Assembly (NCBI GenBank): GCA_964478275.1
Contig: CAYZHH010000003.1
Coordinates: 1 to 38,813, forward strand
Reading direction: 5' to 3'
Length of the DNA: 38,813 nt
From: an uncultured Candidatus Kuenenia sp.
GTDB lineage: Bacteria; Planctomycetota; Planctomycetia; Pirellulales; UBA1268
A model generated the notes under the pieces. The model saw only the letters and a list, made by a program, of their open reading frames with translations. It made no database searches and was not told where the DNA came from. Positions within the stretch are counted from its first letter, which is position 1; each line of letters begins with the position of its first letter. This document shows, in pieces, positions 17,613-26,625 of the stretch. The position numbers and the translations under genes were made by a program.

Positions 17613-18119
17613 ATGAAGATCAGCGACGTTAATAAAGGCATTCATAAGAACCGCAAGCGGCTCCGCGTGGGTCGTGGTCCCGGCTCGGGCCGCGGCTGCA
17701 CGGCCGGGCGCGGCGACAAAGGACAGGGCCAGCTTGCCGGCTGGTCGGCCGCCGGGATCTTCGAGGGAGGGCGTCAGCCGCTCATCCGGAGAATCCCGAA
17801 GCGGGGTTTTCACAACGCATTCGCCCGCTCTGTCAAGAGCATCAATGTTGAGCAGCTCGAAGCGGCGTGTGAGGCTGGTAGCGAGGTGACCCCGAACTCC
17901 CTGCGTGCTTCTGGCGTGCTCAAGGGCATCTGGCAAGACCTCAAAATCCTTGGCAATGGCGAACTTACCAAGGCCCTGAAAATCTCGGCCCACCACTTCA
18001 GTGGCCGGGCAAAAGAAAAAATCCTGGCCGCCGGTGGCACTGTCACCGAGCTCTCAGGTCCGGCACCGCTTGTGCGGAAGATCGGAAAGGCGTCGCGGAA
18101 AAGGCCGGTCACCGGGTAG
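17613..18119 (+). CDS. rplO: 50S ribosomal protein L15 (uL15)
   Basis: KRLRVGRGPGSGRGCTAGRGDKGQ matches the uL15 Gly-rich N-terminal region. It follows rpsE directly, with no rpmD between them. Confidence 0.95.
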   Translation: MKISDVNKGIHKNRKRLRVGRGPGSGRGCTAGRGDKGQGQLAGWSAAGIFEGGRQPLIRRIPKRGFHNAFARSVKSINVEQLEAACEAGSEVTPNSLRASGVLKGIWQDLKILGNGELTKALKISAHHFSGRAKEKILAAGGTVTELSGPAPLVRKIGKASRKRPVTG

Positions 18120-18162
18120 GGTATGCAGCCGGCCTGCCGCCTGTACCGAGGAGTCCACCACC

Positions 18163-19527
18163 GTGCTCGAAAAGATCCGCGTCATTTTTGCAATTCCAGA
18201 GCTCCGGCAGAAGATTCTGCTCACGCTCGGGCTTTTGGCGATCTACCGTGTCGGCTGGCAGGTGCCGCTTCCGATCATCGATGCCGATGCAATGTCGGCC
18301 TTCGCCAAGCAGACAGGCGGAGTCGGTGAGTTGCTCCGTACCGTGGCCGTTTTTTCTGCGAGCCAGCTCTCGCAGGCCACGATTTTCGGACTGGGCATCA
18401 TGCCCTACATCTCGGCCTCGATCATCTTCCAGCTTTTGGGCACGGTGTGGCCGCCCCTCGAACGACTCCAAAAAGAGGGAGAGGCGGGACGCAAGAAGAT
18501 CAATGAATACACCCGCTATGCCACGGTCATCATCTGCATCGTCCAAAGCTGGTTCTATGTTGCCTATCTCGCTGCCCCTGGCCGCGAGCAGTCACTGATC
18601 CAATCCGGATTCCTGGAGGATGGCCGACTCCCATTCATCTGGCAGTTCGTGGCCGTGATGACGATGACCGCCGGCACCGTCTTCTTGATGTGGCTCGGTG
18701 AGCAGATCGACGAGTTTGGCATCGGCAACGGCATCAGCCTCCTTATCATGGCAGGCATCCTGGCGGGCATGCCCGGGGCTCTCCTCGAGCTCGCCGGCGC
18801 GACCTCGTGGGAAGTCGGTGGTGGCGCCGGCACGGGCAAACTCGGCGTCGAAATGATCCCGGTGCTGGTCGCGCTCTTTGTGGGCGTCGTGGCGGGCGTG
18901 GTCTTCATGACCCAAGGGCAGCGGCGGATTCCGACCCAGAGCGCCAAGCACGTTCGCGGCCGTCGCGTCTACGGTGGCACTCGTCAGTATCTCCCGCTGC
19001 GGGTGAATCAGGCTGGCGTGATGCCGATCATCTTCGCGAGCTCGCTCCTGCTCTTTCCGCAGTTCCTGTTCAGTTACCTTGCGAAGACCATTCCGGAAAG
19101 CAGCATCCTTCAATCGCTCTCGGAGTCCTTTACCCGCGGGCAGTCGTATCTCTACAACGTGCTCTACATCGCACTCATCTACTTCTTCTGCTATTTCTGG
19201 ACAGCCATCACGTTCAACCCGAAGGAAATGGCCGACAACCTCAAGAATTTCGGGGCGTTCATTCCGGGCTACCGGCCAGGGAAGCGGACCGCCGACTACT
19301 TGGAGCGGGTCATGGAACGGATCACCTACGTCGGTGCCGGCTTCTTGGCGCTCGTGGCGGTCATTCCCACGATTGCGGGTGGGTTCCTGGGGATCCCCTA
19401 TCAGGCCGCCAGTTTCTACGGCGGCACTGGCCTGCTGATCGCCGTGAGCGTGGTCTTCGACCTTGTTCAGAAGATCGACAGCCACCTCGTAATGCGGAAT
19501 TACAGCGGCCTGCTGGAGCGAAACTGA
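18163..19527 (+). CDS. secY: preprotein translocase subunit SecY
   Basis: GTG 18163 has GAGGAG 9-10 nt upstream. IPELRQKILLTLGLLAIYRVG..., multiple TM segments and GGTGLLIAVSVVFDLVQKIDSHL match SecY. Confidence 0.96.
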   Translation: MLEKIRVIFAIPELRQKILLTLGLLAIYRVGWQVPLPIIDADAMSAFAKQTGGVGELLRTVAVFSASQLSQATIFGLGIMPYISASIIFQLLGTVWPPLERLQKEGEAGRKKINEYTRYATVIICIVQSWFYVAYLAAPGREQSLIQSGFLEDGRLPFIWQFVAVMTMTAGTVFLMWLGEQIDEFGIGNGISLLIMAGILAGMPGALLELAGATSWEVGGGAGTGKLGVEMIPVLVALFVGVVAGVVFMTQGQRRIPTQSAKHVRGRRVYGGTRQYLPLRVNQAGVMPIIFASSLLLFPQFLFSYLAKTIPESSILQSLSESFTRGQSYLYNVLYIALIYFFCYFWTAITFNPKEMADNLKNFGAFIPGYRPGKRTADYLERVMERITYVGAGFLALVAVIPTIAGGFLGIPYQAASFYGGTGLLIAVSVVFDLVQKIDSHLVMRNYSGLLERN

Positions 19528-19620
19528 CGGAGCCTTGCCGGCAGTGCCTTCCCGTTTTCGGCCGCCCCCTACCCGTGTTTGCAGGCGTCGACGTCCTTTC
19601 CCCTCAGCCACGCAGCCGCC

Positions 19621-20187
19621 ATGCGGATCATCCTCATCGGGCCCCCCGGCGCCGGAAAGGGAACGCAGTGCCAGCGGCTCATCGACCTGCTCAAGGTGCC
19701 CCACCTTTCGACTGGCGAAATGCTTCGGACCGAGGCGAGGGCCGGAACGCCGGCCGGGCTCGAGGCCGCGAGGGCGATGGCGAGGGGGCAGCTTGTGCCA
19801 GACCCGATCATTGTGGCGATGGTCAGTCGGCGACTTGCCGAACCCGATTGCCGAAATGGATGCCTCCTCGATGGCTTCCCCCGCACGCTTCCCCAGGCTG
19901 AAACACTCGATGACATGGTCGAGCGGCGAGCGATGAGCGTGGATGGAGTCATCGAGCTAGCGGTGCCTCGCGATGAGCTCGTGCGGCGGATGCTCGCTCG
20001 AAAGCGTGCCGACGATGACCCTGTCGTGTTTGCCGAAAGGATCGCGAGCTTCGAGCGGCAGACCGCCCCATTGCTCGAGTACTACGGCCGTCAGGGCAAG
20101 CTCGCATCGATCGACGGGCTTGGGACCGCTGACGAGATCTTCGAACGCGTGAAGGCTGCGGTCGAGAGGTTTCGCCGCCGCCGCTGA
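19621..20187 (+). CDS. adk: adenylate kinase (short-LID type)
   Basis: MRIILIGPPGAGKGTQCQRL (P-loop) and LLDGFPRTLPQAE are present. The LID is short and lacks a Cys4 motif. 188 aa. Confidence 0.96.
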   Translation: MRIILIGPPGAGKGTQCQRLIDLLKVPHLSTGEMLRTEARAGTPAGLEAARAMARGQLVPDPIIVAMVSRRLAEPDCRNGCLLDGFPRTLPQAETLDDMVERRAMSVDGVIELAVPRDELVRRMLARKRADDDPVVFAERIASFERQTAPLLEYYGRQGKLASIDGLGTADEIFERVKAAVERFRRRR

Positions 20188-20267
20188 AGCCGCGTGCAGG
20201 CCGGCGTGTGCCCGGTATACTTTTCAACTGCTCCAGCCGCCCGCGTCCCCTCGAGAATGGTCCGTCT

Positions 20268-21077
20268 GTGGTGAACCTGAGATCCCCCCGGGAAATCGCC
20301 CTCATGCGGCGGGCCGGTCTGGTTGTATGGGGTGCCCACCAAGTGGCCGCCGCCCTCGTGCGGCCGGGCGCTACCACGGGAGAGATTGATACGGCGGTCG
20401 AACGCTACTTCGGAGAGCACGGGGCCATTCCGCTCTTCAAAGGGGTTCCGGGGAAGGTGCCATTCCCCGCGGTCTGCTGCATTTCAGTCAACGATGAGGT
20501 GGTTCACGGCATCCCTGGGCCCCGCGTGCTCCAAGCCGGGGATGTCATCAGTATCGACACCGGTTGCAGTGTTGGTGGATGGTGCGGAGACTCGGCCTTC
20601 ACGCACCCCGTTGGTGCCATCGCACCCGACGTTCAACGACTCCTCGACTGCACCGCCGGCGTGCTGGCGCTCGCGATCGAACTCATGGCCGTGCGAAGCC
20701 GGTGGAGCGACGTGGCATCCGAGATGGCGACGTACGTTCGCGATTACGGATTTTCAGTGGTCGAAAACTTCGTCGGTCACGGCATCGGCCGGAGCATGCA
20801 CGAAGATCCTCAGGTACCGAATTTCTGCACGCCGGCCTTTCGCCGGAAACACGACTTCGACCTCGAGCCTGGGCTGGTCATCGCTGTGGAGCCGATGGTG
20901 AACATGGGGTCTAAGAAGGTTCGCAGCCTTTCAGACTACTGGACGCAGTCCACGATCGACGGGCTGCCAAGTGCCCATTTTGAGCACACCGTGGCCATCA
21001 CCGATGGGGGTCCAGTCGTGCTGACGTCCCCCCCGGCACAGGGCGAGACGGTAGGGGCCGCCGACCCGGTTGCGTAA
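20268..21077 (+). CDS. map: type I methionine aminopeptidase
   Basis: [14 protein letters not shown]..., [34 protein letters not shown] and AVEPM are MetAP-I metal-site motifs. A GTG 20268 or 20271 start fits family N-termini better than the listed 20208. Confidence 0.93.
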   Translation: MVNLRSPREIALMRRAGLVVWGAHQVAAALVRPGATTGEIDTAVERYFGEHGAIPLFKGVPGKVPFPAVCCISVNDEVVHGIPGPRVLQAGDVISIDTGCSVGGWCGDSAFTHPVGAIAPDVQRLLDCTAGVLALAIELMAVRSRWSDVASEMATYVRDYGFSVVENFVGHGIGRSMHEDPQVPNFCTPAFRRKHDFDLEPGLVIAVEPMVNMGSKKVRSLSDYWTQSTIDGLPSAHFEHTVAITDGGPVVLTSPPAQGETVGAADPVA

Positions 21078-21114
21078 CCAGAACGGGCAGAGTCGCGGAT
21101 TTCAGGGTACCCCC

Positions 21115-21144
21115 TTGCGAACGTCCCCCCCGGGAACCTATTAT
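21115..21144 (+). promoter_or_regulatory. candidate sigma70-type promoter for rpmJ-rpsM-rpsK-rpsD-rpoA-rplQ
   Basis: TTGCGA (21115-21120), 18-nt spacer, TATTAT (21139-21144). It lies ~90 nt upstream of rpmJ in the 157-nt map-rpmJ spacer. Confidence 0.35.
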
Positions 21145-21234
21145 CTGGGACTCGATTCGTATCCCCCTGTTGGGTTCTTGTTCGGCTCTTTTGATCGGAT
21201 TTTGGAGTGGCCGTTTTCGGCCCAGCTCGCTGCC

Positions 21235-21348
21235 ATGAAAGTTCGCGCTAGCGTCCGTCGAATTTGTGACAAGTGCAAGATCGTCCGGCGACGCGGCGTG
21301 GTGTTCGTGGTCTGCTCCGATCCCCGCCACAAGCAGCGGCAGGGATGA
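21235..21348 (+). CDS. rpmJ: 50S ribosomal protein L36 (bL36), zinc form
   Basis: [37 protein letters not shown] is a 37-aa bL36 with the CxxC...C...H motif. Confidence 0.96.
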   Translation: MKVRASVRRICDKCKIVRRRGVVFVVCSDPRHKQRQG

Positions 21349-21406
21349 GGAATCTGGTCATCATACAGGGACGATTCGGGGCAGACGCCTCGCCGAGGAT
21401 CACGCT

Positions 21407-21790
21407 ATGCCGCGATTGATGGGTGTTGATATTCCCTCTGAGAAGAAGACCGTCTTCTCGCTTCAGTACATCTACGGTGTGGGTGCGCGGGTGGCCCGCG
21501 AGCTCTGCCAAAAGGCTGGCGTTGATCCGCTGGCTCAGGCTCGTGACTTGCACGAAGACGAGCTCGCGAGGCTTGCAACGCTTCTCGACAAGGACTACGT
21601 CGTCGAGGGGCAGCTCCGCCGCCAGGTGGCCCAAAACGTTTCCAGGCTCAAAGACATTGCCAGCTACCGAGGCCTGCGGCACCGCCGCGGCCTCCCGGTT
21701 CGAGGCCAGCGGACGCGTACCAACGCCCGCACCCGGAAGGGGCCGAAGAAGACCGTGGCCGGCAAGAAGGGCGTCAAGGATCTCAAGTAA
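21407..21790 (+). CDS. rpsM: 30S ribosomal protein S13 (uS13)
   Basis: MPRLMGVDIPSEKKTVFSLQYIYGVGARVAREL...YRGLRHRRGLPVRGQRTRTNART matches uS13. Confidence 0.97.
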   Translation: MPRLMGVDIPSEKKTVFSLQYIYGVGARVARELCQKAGVDPLAQARDLHEDELARLATLLDKDYVVEGQLRRQVAQNVSRLKDIASYRGLRHRRGLPVRGQRTRTNARTRKGPKKTVAGKKGVKDLK

Positions 21791-21856
21791 CAACCGCAGC
21801 AAAGCGTGCCGCCGCCCCTCGGGGGTTGGTCCGTAGAGCAAGAGGCAGGATTCAGG

Positions 21857-22234
21857 ATGTCGAAGGCAGCAAAGACCAAAAAGAAGAGCGTGACGTCAGG
21901 CATTGCCTATATCGTCGCCAGCTTCAACAACACGACCGTGACGATCACCGATGCCCGGGGCGACACGCTCTGCTGGGCCAGCGGCGGGACATGCGGATTC
22001 AAGGGAAGCCGCAAGGGCACGCCGTTTGCTGGCCAGATGGCCGCTCAGCAGGCGGCCGAGAAGGCCGCGAAGTTCGGCGTCAAGGATCTTGAGGTGCGTG
22101 TGAAGGGGCCTGGAAGTGGTCGCGAAAGTGCGATCACGGCGCTCCAGGCTGCCGGCATGAACGTCCGCAGTATTGAAGACATCACACCGCTTCCGCATAA
22201 CGGCTGTCGCCCCCCCAAGAAGCGTCGCGTCTGA
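21857..22234 (+). CDS. rpsK: 30S ribosomal protein S11 (uS11)
   Basis: [30 protein letters not shown]...[37 protein letters not shown] matches uS11. Confidence 0.97.
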   Translation: MSKAAKTKKKSVTSGIAYIVASFNNTTVTITDARGDTLCWASGGTCGFKGSRKGTPFAGQMAAQQAAEKAAKFGVKDLEVRVKGPGSGRESAITALQAAGMNVRSIEDITPLPHNGCRPPKKRRV

Positions 22235-22272
22235 CCCCCATTTCGTTTTCCTCCTTCACGTAGCTGCCTGCC

Positions 22273-22899
22273 ATGGGACGTATCACAGGACCTGTTTGCC
22301 GACTCTGTCGCCGCGACGGACTCAAGCTCTTTCTTAAGGGGAGTCGTTGCGATACGCCGAAGTGTGCCTTCGAGCGGCGGCCTGCCCCTCCGGGGGTGAT
22401 CCAAAAGCGGCGGCCCAAGCCGACCGACTATGGGCTTCGGCTCCGTGAAAAGCAGAAGGTCAAGCATTATTACGGTGTGCTCGAGCGTCAGTTCCGCACG
22501 TACTTTTCCAGGGCTGTCCGCGGGAAGGGCAATACCGGGGAGTCGCTCATGGCCATGCTCGAGCGGAGGCTCGACAACGTCGTGCATCGTCTCGGCTTTG
22601 CGGCCTCCCGTTCTGCTGCCCGCCAGCTGGTGATGCATGGTCACGTCACGATCAACGGGCGGCGGCTCGATATTCCGAGTTACCTCGTGAAGGCTGGTGA
22701 TATCGTCCGTGTCAAGAATCGGGTGAAGTCCCTTCAGCTTGTCCATAGGGCTCTCGCGGAGTTTCGCCGCGATGTGCCCGACTTCCTGTCCAGGATGGAC
22801 GCGGCGATTCCCGAGGCTCGGGTCGATCGGTTGCCCGGCGCGGACGACGTGTCGCTCCCGGTTCAGGCCAATCTCATTATTGAGTTGTGTTCCAAGTAA
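22273..22899 (+). CDS. rpsD: 30S ribosomal protein S4 (uS4), Cys4 N-terminal form
   Basis: [36 protein letters not shown]... matches the uS4 N-terminus. The S4 RNA-binding domain [30 protein letters not shown] is present. Confidence 0.97.
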   Translation: MGRITGPVCRLCRRDGLKLFLKGSRCDTPKCAFERRPAPPGVIQKRRPKPTDYGLRLREKQKVKHYYGVLERQFRTYFSRAVRGKGNTGESLMAMLERRLDNVVHRLGFAASRSAARQLVMHGHVTINGRRLDIPSYLVKAGDIVRVKNRVKSLQLVHRALAEFRRDVPDFLSRMDAAIPEARVDRLPGADDVSLPVQANLIIELCSK

Positions 22900-22918
22900 G
22901 TTTTTGAAGGAGCATCGC

Positions 22919-23908
22919 ATGCACATTCGCTGGCGCGGTCTGGAGTTGCCCGGAACCGTTGTTGCTGATTCCGGTACGCTGACCGGCACCTATGGCAAGT
23001 TCACGGCCGAGCCGTTCGAGCGTGGCTTTGGTACAACCGTGGGCAATAGCTTGCGGCGTGTACTGCTCTCGAGTCTCGAGGGCAGTGCGGTCACGCAGAT
23101 CAAGATGGCTGGGGCGCTCCATGAGTTCACGACGGTGAAGGGCGTCCTCGAGGATGTCACCGACATCGTGCTGTCGGTGAAGAGCCTCATCGTCAAAAAC
23201 CACAGCGATTCCACTCGCGTTATTCGCGTGGAGAAAAGCACCCGTGGTCCTGTGACTGCCGCTGACATTCAAACGGATGACGCGGTCGAGATCATCAATA
23301 AGGATCTCGTGATCGCGACGCTCACCGATGATGTGCCGTTCGAGCTCGAGATGGTTGTTGAGAACGGCCGGGGCTACGTGCCCGCAAGCGAGCACAGCCA
23401 GGCCTCGCAGGAAATCGGAATCATTCCTCTCGATGCCGTCTTCAGCCCAGTCACACGGGTCAAGTATGAGGTTGAAGAGACCCGCGTGGGTCAAAAAACC
23501 AACTACGACAAGCTCACGCTTGAGATCTGGACCGACGGTACGGTGACGCCGGAAATGGCGCTTGTTGAGGCAGCCAAGATTCTGCGGAAGCACCTCAATC
23601 CGTTCGTGGGCTATACCAAGCCGGATTGCGATGTCGCGCTGCCAGCGGTCGCGGATGTCTTCGCGGTAGAGGCTCCTCTCGAGAGTCGGCTGGGGATGCT
23701 TGTCGCTGACCTCCGCCTTTCCGGGCGGGCGGCTAACTGCCTCCACGAGGAAGGGGTCGCGAGGCTTCGGGATCTCGTGTCGCGAACCCGTGAAGACGTG
23801 CTCGCCATGCGAAATGCGGGTGAAACAACAGCGGATGAGATCGAAGAAAAACTGAAAGAACTGGGCCTTCGGTTGGGCATGGATGTGCCTGCCGCTGCGG
23901 AGGCCTGA
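22919..23908 (+). CDS. rpoA: DNA-directed RNA polymerase subunit alpha
   Basis: [32 protein letters not shown] matches the N-terminal domain. The C-terminal domain has [11 protein letters not shown]...[15 protein letters not shown] precedes ATG 22919. Confidence 0.97.
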   Translation: MHIRWRGLELPGTVVADSGTLTGTYGKFTAEPFERGFGTTVGNSLRRVLLSSLEGSAVTQIKMAGALHEFTTVKGVLEDVTDIVLSVKSLIVKNHSDSTRVIRVEKSTRGPVTAADIQTDDAVEIINKDLVIATLTDDVPFELEMVVENGRGYVPASEHSQASQEIGIIPLDAVFSPVTRVKYEVEETRVGQKTNYDKLTLEIWTDGTVTPEMALVEAAKILRKHLNPFVGYTKPDCDVALPAVADVFAVEAPLESRLGMLVADLRLSGRAANCLHEEGVARLRDLVSRTREDVLAMRNAGETTADEIEEKLKELGLRLGMDVPAAAEA

Positions 23909-23956
23909 TGTTCAGGGCGGCGCCCTTCGTGCCGCCCTCCTGTCGAGGAAGAAGCC

Positions 23957-24526
23957 ATGCGTCATCGTCGTAAAGGCCGCGTTCTCGGCCGTTCTCCGTC
24001 CCACCAACGGGCTCTCCTGCGGAACCTGGCGTCGGCGCTCATGCTCACTGAGCAAGAGGTTGAGCCGGGCGAGCCTGGGGCTGCCAAGGTGAAGGGCCGC
24101 ATCATCACAACGTTGCCCAAGGCCAAGGAGGTGCGTCCTGTCGTCGAGCGGTGCATCACGATCGCCCGCAGGGGCCTCGCGGCTGCCGCTGGTGCCTCGG
24201 CGCATGCAACGACGGCCGACCGCGGATCGGCTGCCTGGAAGGAGTGGAGGCAGGGACCCCAGTGGCGGGCGTGGGCCCAGGCCATGGCACCGGCAGTCAA
24301 GGCTCGTCGTCGGACGATTCAACTCCTTGGCGACAAGCATGCCGCGAAGATTCTTTTTGACATCATTGCCCCCCGTTTTGCCGACAGGCCCGGCGGCTAC
24401 ACGCGGATTCTGAAGCTCGCCACCCCTCGCCTCGGCGATGCTGGTGAGCGGGCCATCCTGGAGTTTGTGGGCTCAGAGTCTGCCGCTCGGCCAGGGTCAC
24501 CCCGGCTTGAGAAGGCCCGACGCTGA
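23957..24526 (+). CDS. rplQ: 50S ribosomal protein L17 (bL17) with internal insertions
   Basis: MRHRRKGRVLGRSPSHQRALLRNLA...TTLPKAKEVRPVVE...RPGGYTRILKL is collinear with bL17. It is 189 aa versus ~125 typical. Confidence 0.95.
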   Translation: MRHRRKGRVLGRSPSHQRALLRNLASALMLTEQEVEPGEPGAAKVKGRIITTLPKAKEVRPVVERCITIARRGLAAAAGASAHATTADRGSAAWKEWRQGPQWRAWAQAMAPAVKARRRTIQLLGDKHAAKILFDIIAPRFADRPGGYTRILKLATPRLGDAGERAILEFVGSESAARPGSPRLEKARR

Positions 24527-24647
24527 CTTTTGGTCGCAGCGAGCCGCAGGCGGAGCGGGAATAGCGGGAATAGGTAGTTCCGCGAGTCTCGAATAGAATC
24601 CGGAAACCGGGCGATTCCGCTCGGCGCCATTCTTTCGGGAGCGTTCC

Positions 24648-26411
24648 ATGCGACTGGGCTTCCTCGTTCGACTCGACCGGCATGCCCGATGGAATGGCCT
24701 CGGTCTCATGGTGGCCATGGCGGCCACGGCCGCCATGGTGCTTGCGTTGGCCGTACCCGCCGAAGGGGCGCCGAGAGGCAAGACGGAACCGGCTGCTCCC
24801 GAGCATTATGGGATTCCCCAGGTCAAGTTCATCAATGAGCAGGTCGCTGCCTTGTGGGCGGATGCCAGCCTTCAGCCCTCGCCAACGGCCACTGACAGTG
24901 AGTGGTGCCGTCGCGTCTATCTCGATCTCGTCGGTCGCGTCCCGTCGGTCAAGGAGCTCGACGCGTTCCTCACCAATTCATCCCCGACCAAAAAGGCTGA
25001 TCTCGTTGCACGGCTGCTCGGGGACGAGTATGTCGATGAGTACGCCCGCCATTTCACGGACGTGTGGACGACCATCCTGATTGGTCGCGATGTCGAGAAC
25101 GAGCGGGTCAGTCGCCCGGGGATGCGACAGTACCTTCGCAGGGCGTTCTCCAAAAATCTTCCGTACGACCGCTTCATGGATGAGTTGGTGACTGCGACAG
25201 GAGTAAACGCCAATCGCCAGGAACTCTCCGGCTTCAATGGGGCGGTGAATTTCCTGAGCGGAAAGATGGAGGAGATGGGCGTCGAGAACGGCGTGCAGGC
25301 TACTGCCAAGACGGCCCAGGTGTTCCTCGGCCTTCAGGTGCAATGCACGCAGTGTCACAACCATCCGTTCAACAAAGGAAAGCAGAATCAATTCTGGGAG
25401 CTCAACGCTTTTTTTCGTCAAACCCGCGCCCTACGGAAACGCGAAGGCACGCAGGACGTGCAGTGGGTCGAGCTTGTCGATGAGGATTTCGCCGGCGAGG
25501 GAGGCAACCCCGAGGAAGCGGAGCTCTTCTACGAGCTTCGTAACGGCATCATGAAGGTCGCCTACCCCGTCTTTGTTGACGGAACAGAGATTTCCAAGAG
25601 TGGCTATCTCCCTGGCGCGATGTCCGACGGCACGCCGTATGGCGCGAATCGCCGCCGCGAGCTCGCGCAGCTCATCAAGGGAAGTCCTTACTTCACGAAG
25701 GCAATCGTGAACCGGATGTGGGGGCACTTTCTCGGCTACGGACTGACCAAGCCCGTTGACGATCTCGGCGACCACAACCCTCCATCACATCCGGAGTTGC
25801 TCGACGGACTGGCCGAGCGGTTTCGCGAAAACAGTTTCGACCTCAAGGAGGTCGCCCGTTGGATCGTGCTGTCGCAGCCGTACTCGCTGTCGAGTCGCTC
25901 GACGGCGGCCAACAAGGGAGATGATCCTTCGCTGGGTGAGCGGCCGAAATTCACGCACTTCTATGTTCGCCAGATGCAGGCCGAGCAGCTCTACGAATCG
26001 CTTCTGACCGCGACCCAGGCCGACCAGACCAGCCGATCTGAGGATGCCGCCAAAAAGAAGGACGAGTGGCTCGCTCAGTTCGTCATCGCGTTCGGTACGG
26101 ACGAAGGGGACGATTCGACAACCTTCAACGGATCGATTCCTCAGGCACTCATGATGTTTAACGGCGATCTCATCAAGCAGGCCACGAGCACGGGCAAGGG
26201 GGGATTTCTCGATCAGGTCGCCACGAGCGGGATGTCGCCGGCGCAGAAGATCGACGTTTTGTATAAGGCGGCGCTCGCCCGTGTGCCGTCGGCCAAGGAG
26301 CGACAGGTGGCCACGGCCCTCCTCGGTGCTCGCAAAGGCGACGTGGCAGCGGCCCTGCAGGACGTCTGGTGGTCGGTCCTCAACTCAAACGAGTTCATCA
26401 TCAATCATTAA
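24648..26411 (+). CDS. DUF1549/DUF1553 (PSCyt2/PSD1) domain protein, secreted
   Basis: An N-terminal hydrophobic signal LMVAMAATAAMVLALAVPAEG is present. WCRRVYLDLVGRVPSVKELDAFL is the DUF1549 hallmark. QCTQCHNHPF and the C-terminal WWSVLNSNEFIINH are typical of DUF1553. The family call is from memory of these motifs. Confidence 0.85.
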   Translation: MRLGFLVRLDRHARWNGLGLMVAMAATAAMVLALAVPAEGAPRGKTEPAAPEHYGIPQVKFINEQVAALWADASLQPSPTATDSEWCRRVYLDLVGRVPSVKELDAFLTNSSPTKKADLVARLLGDEYVDEYARHFTDVWTTILIGRDVENERVSRPGMRQYLRRAFSKNLPYDRFMDELVTATGVNANRQELSGFNGAVNFLSGKMEEMGVENGVQATAKTAQVFLGLQVQCTQCHNHPFNKGKQNQFWELNAFFRQTRALRKREGTQDVQWVELVDEDFAGEGGNPEEAELFYELRNGIMKVAYPVFVDGTEISKSGYLPGAMSDGTPYGANRRRELAQLIKGSPYFTKAIVNRMWGHFLGYGLTKPVDDLGDHNPPSHPELLDGLAERFRENSFDLKEVARWIVLSQPYSLSSRSTAANKGDDPSLGERPKFTHFYVRQMQAEQLYESLLTATQADQTSRSEDAAKKKDEWLAQFVIAFGTDEGDDSTTFNGSIPQALMMFNGDLIKQATSTGKGGFLDQVATSGMSPAQKIDVLYKAALARVPSAKERQVATALLGARKGDVAAALQDVWWSVLNSNEFIINH

Positions 26412-26625
26412 GGGCAGCCGCAGGGGCATCCACGCCACCCCCCGCTACGGCGTTACCGGCCCCTCCAGGCTGCGGTTTCCGGGCGGCTTTGGTTGGACGA
26501 ATGAGCTGACGGGGGCGAGTGGCCACGGGCTAGGGAATAAGCGATAATCTTGAAGTCGAATAGATGCTTGGGCCCAGGGTGGCACGGTTCGGTTTCATAT
26601 CTTCTCACGCTGCAGGAGTTTTGCC

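Noticed and set aside
18592-19704. 370-aa minus-strand ORF opposite secY
   Set aside because: Antisense shadow of secY, with no domain signature.
21070-21234. Upstream part of the listed 92-aa ORF containing rpmJ, checked as a possible infA remnant
   Set aside because: The translation ([22 protein letters not shown]...) has no IF-1 S1-domain similarity. bL36 is a 37-aa protein starting at ATG 21235.
22045-22989. 314-aa minus-strand ORF opposite rpsK, rpsD and the rpoA start
   Set aside because: Antisense shadow crossing three genuine + strand genes.
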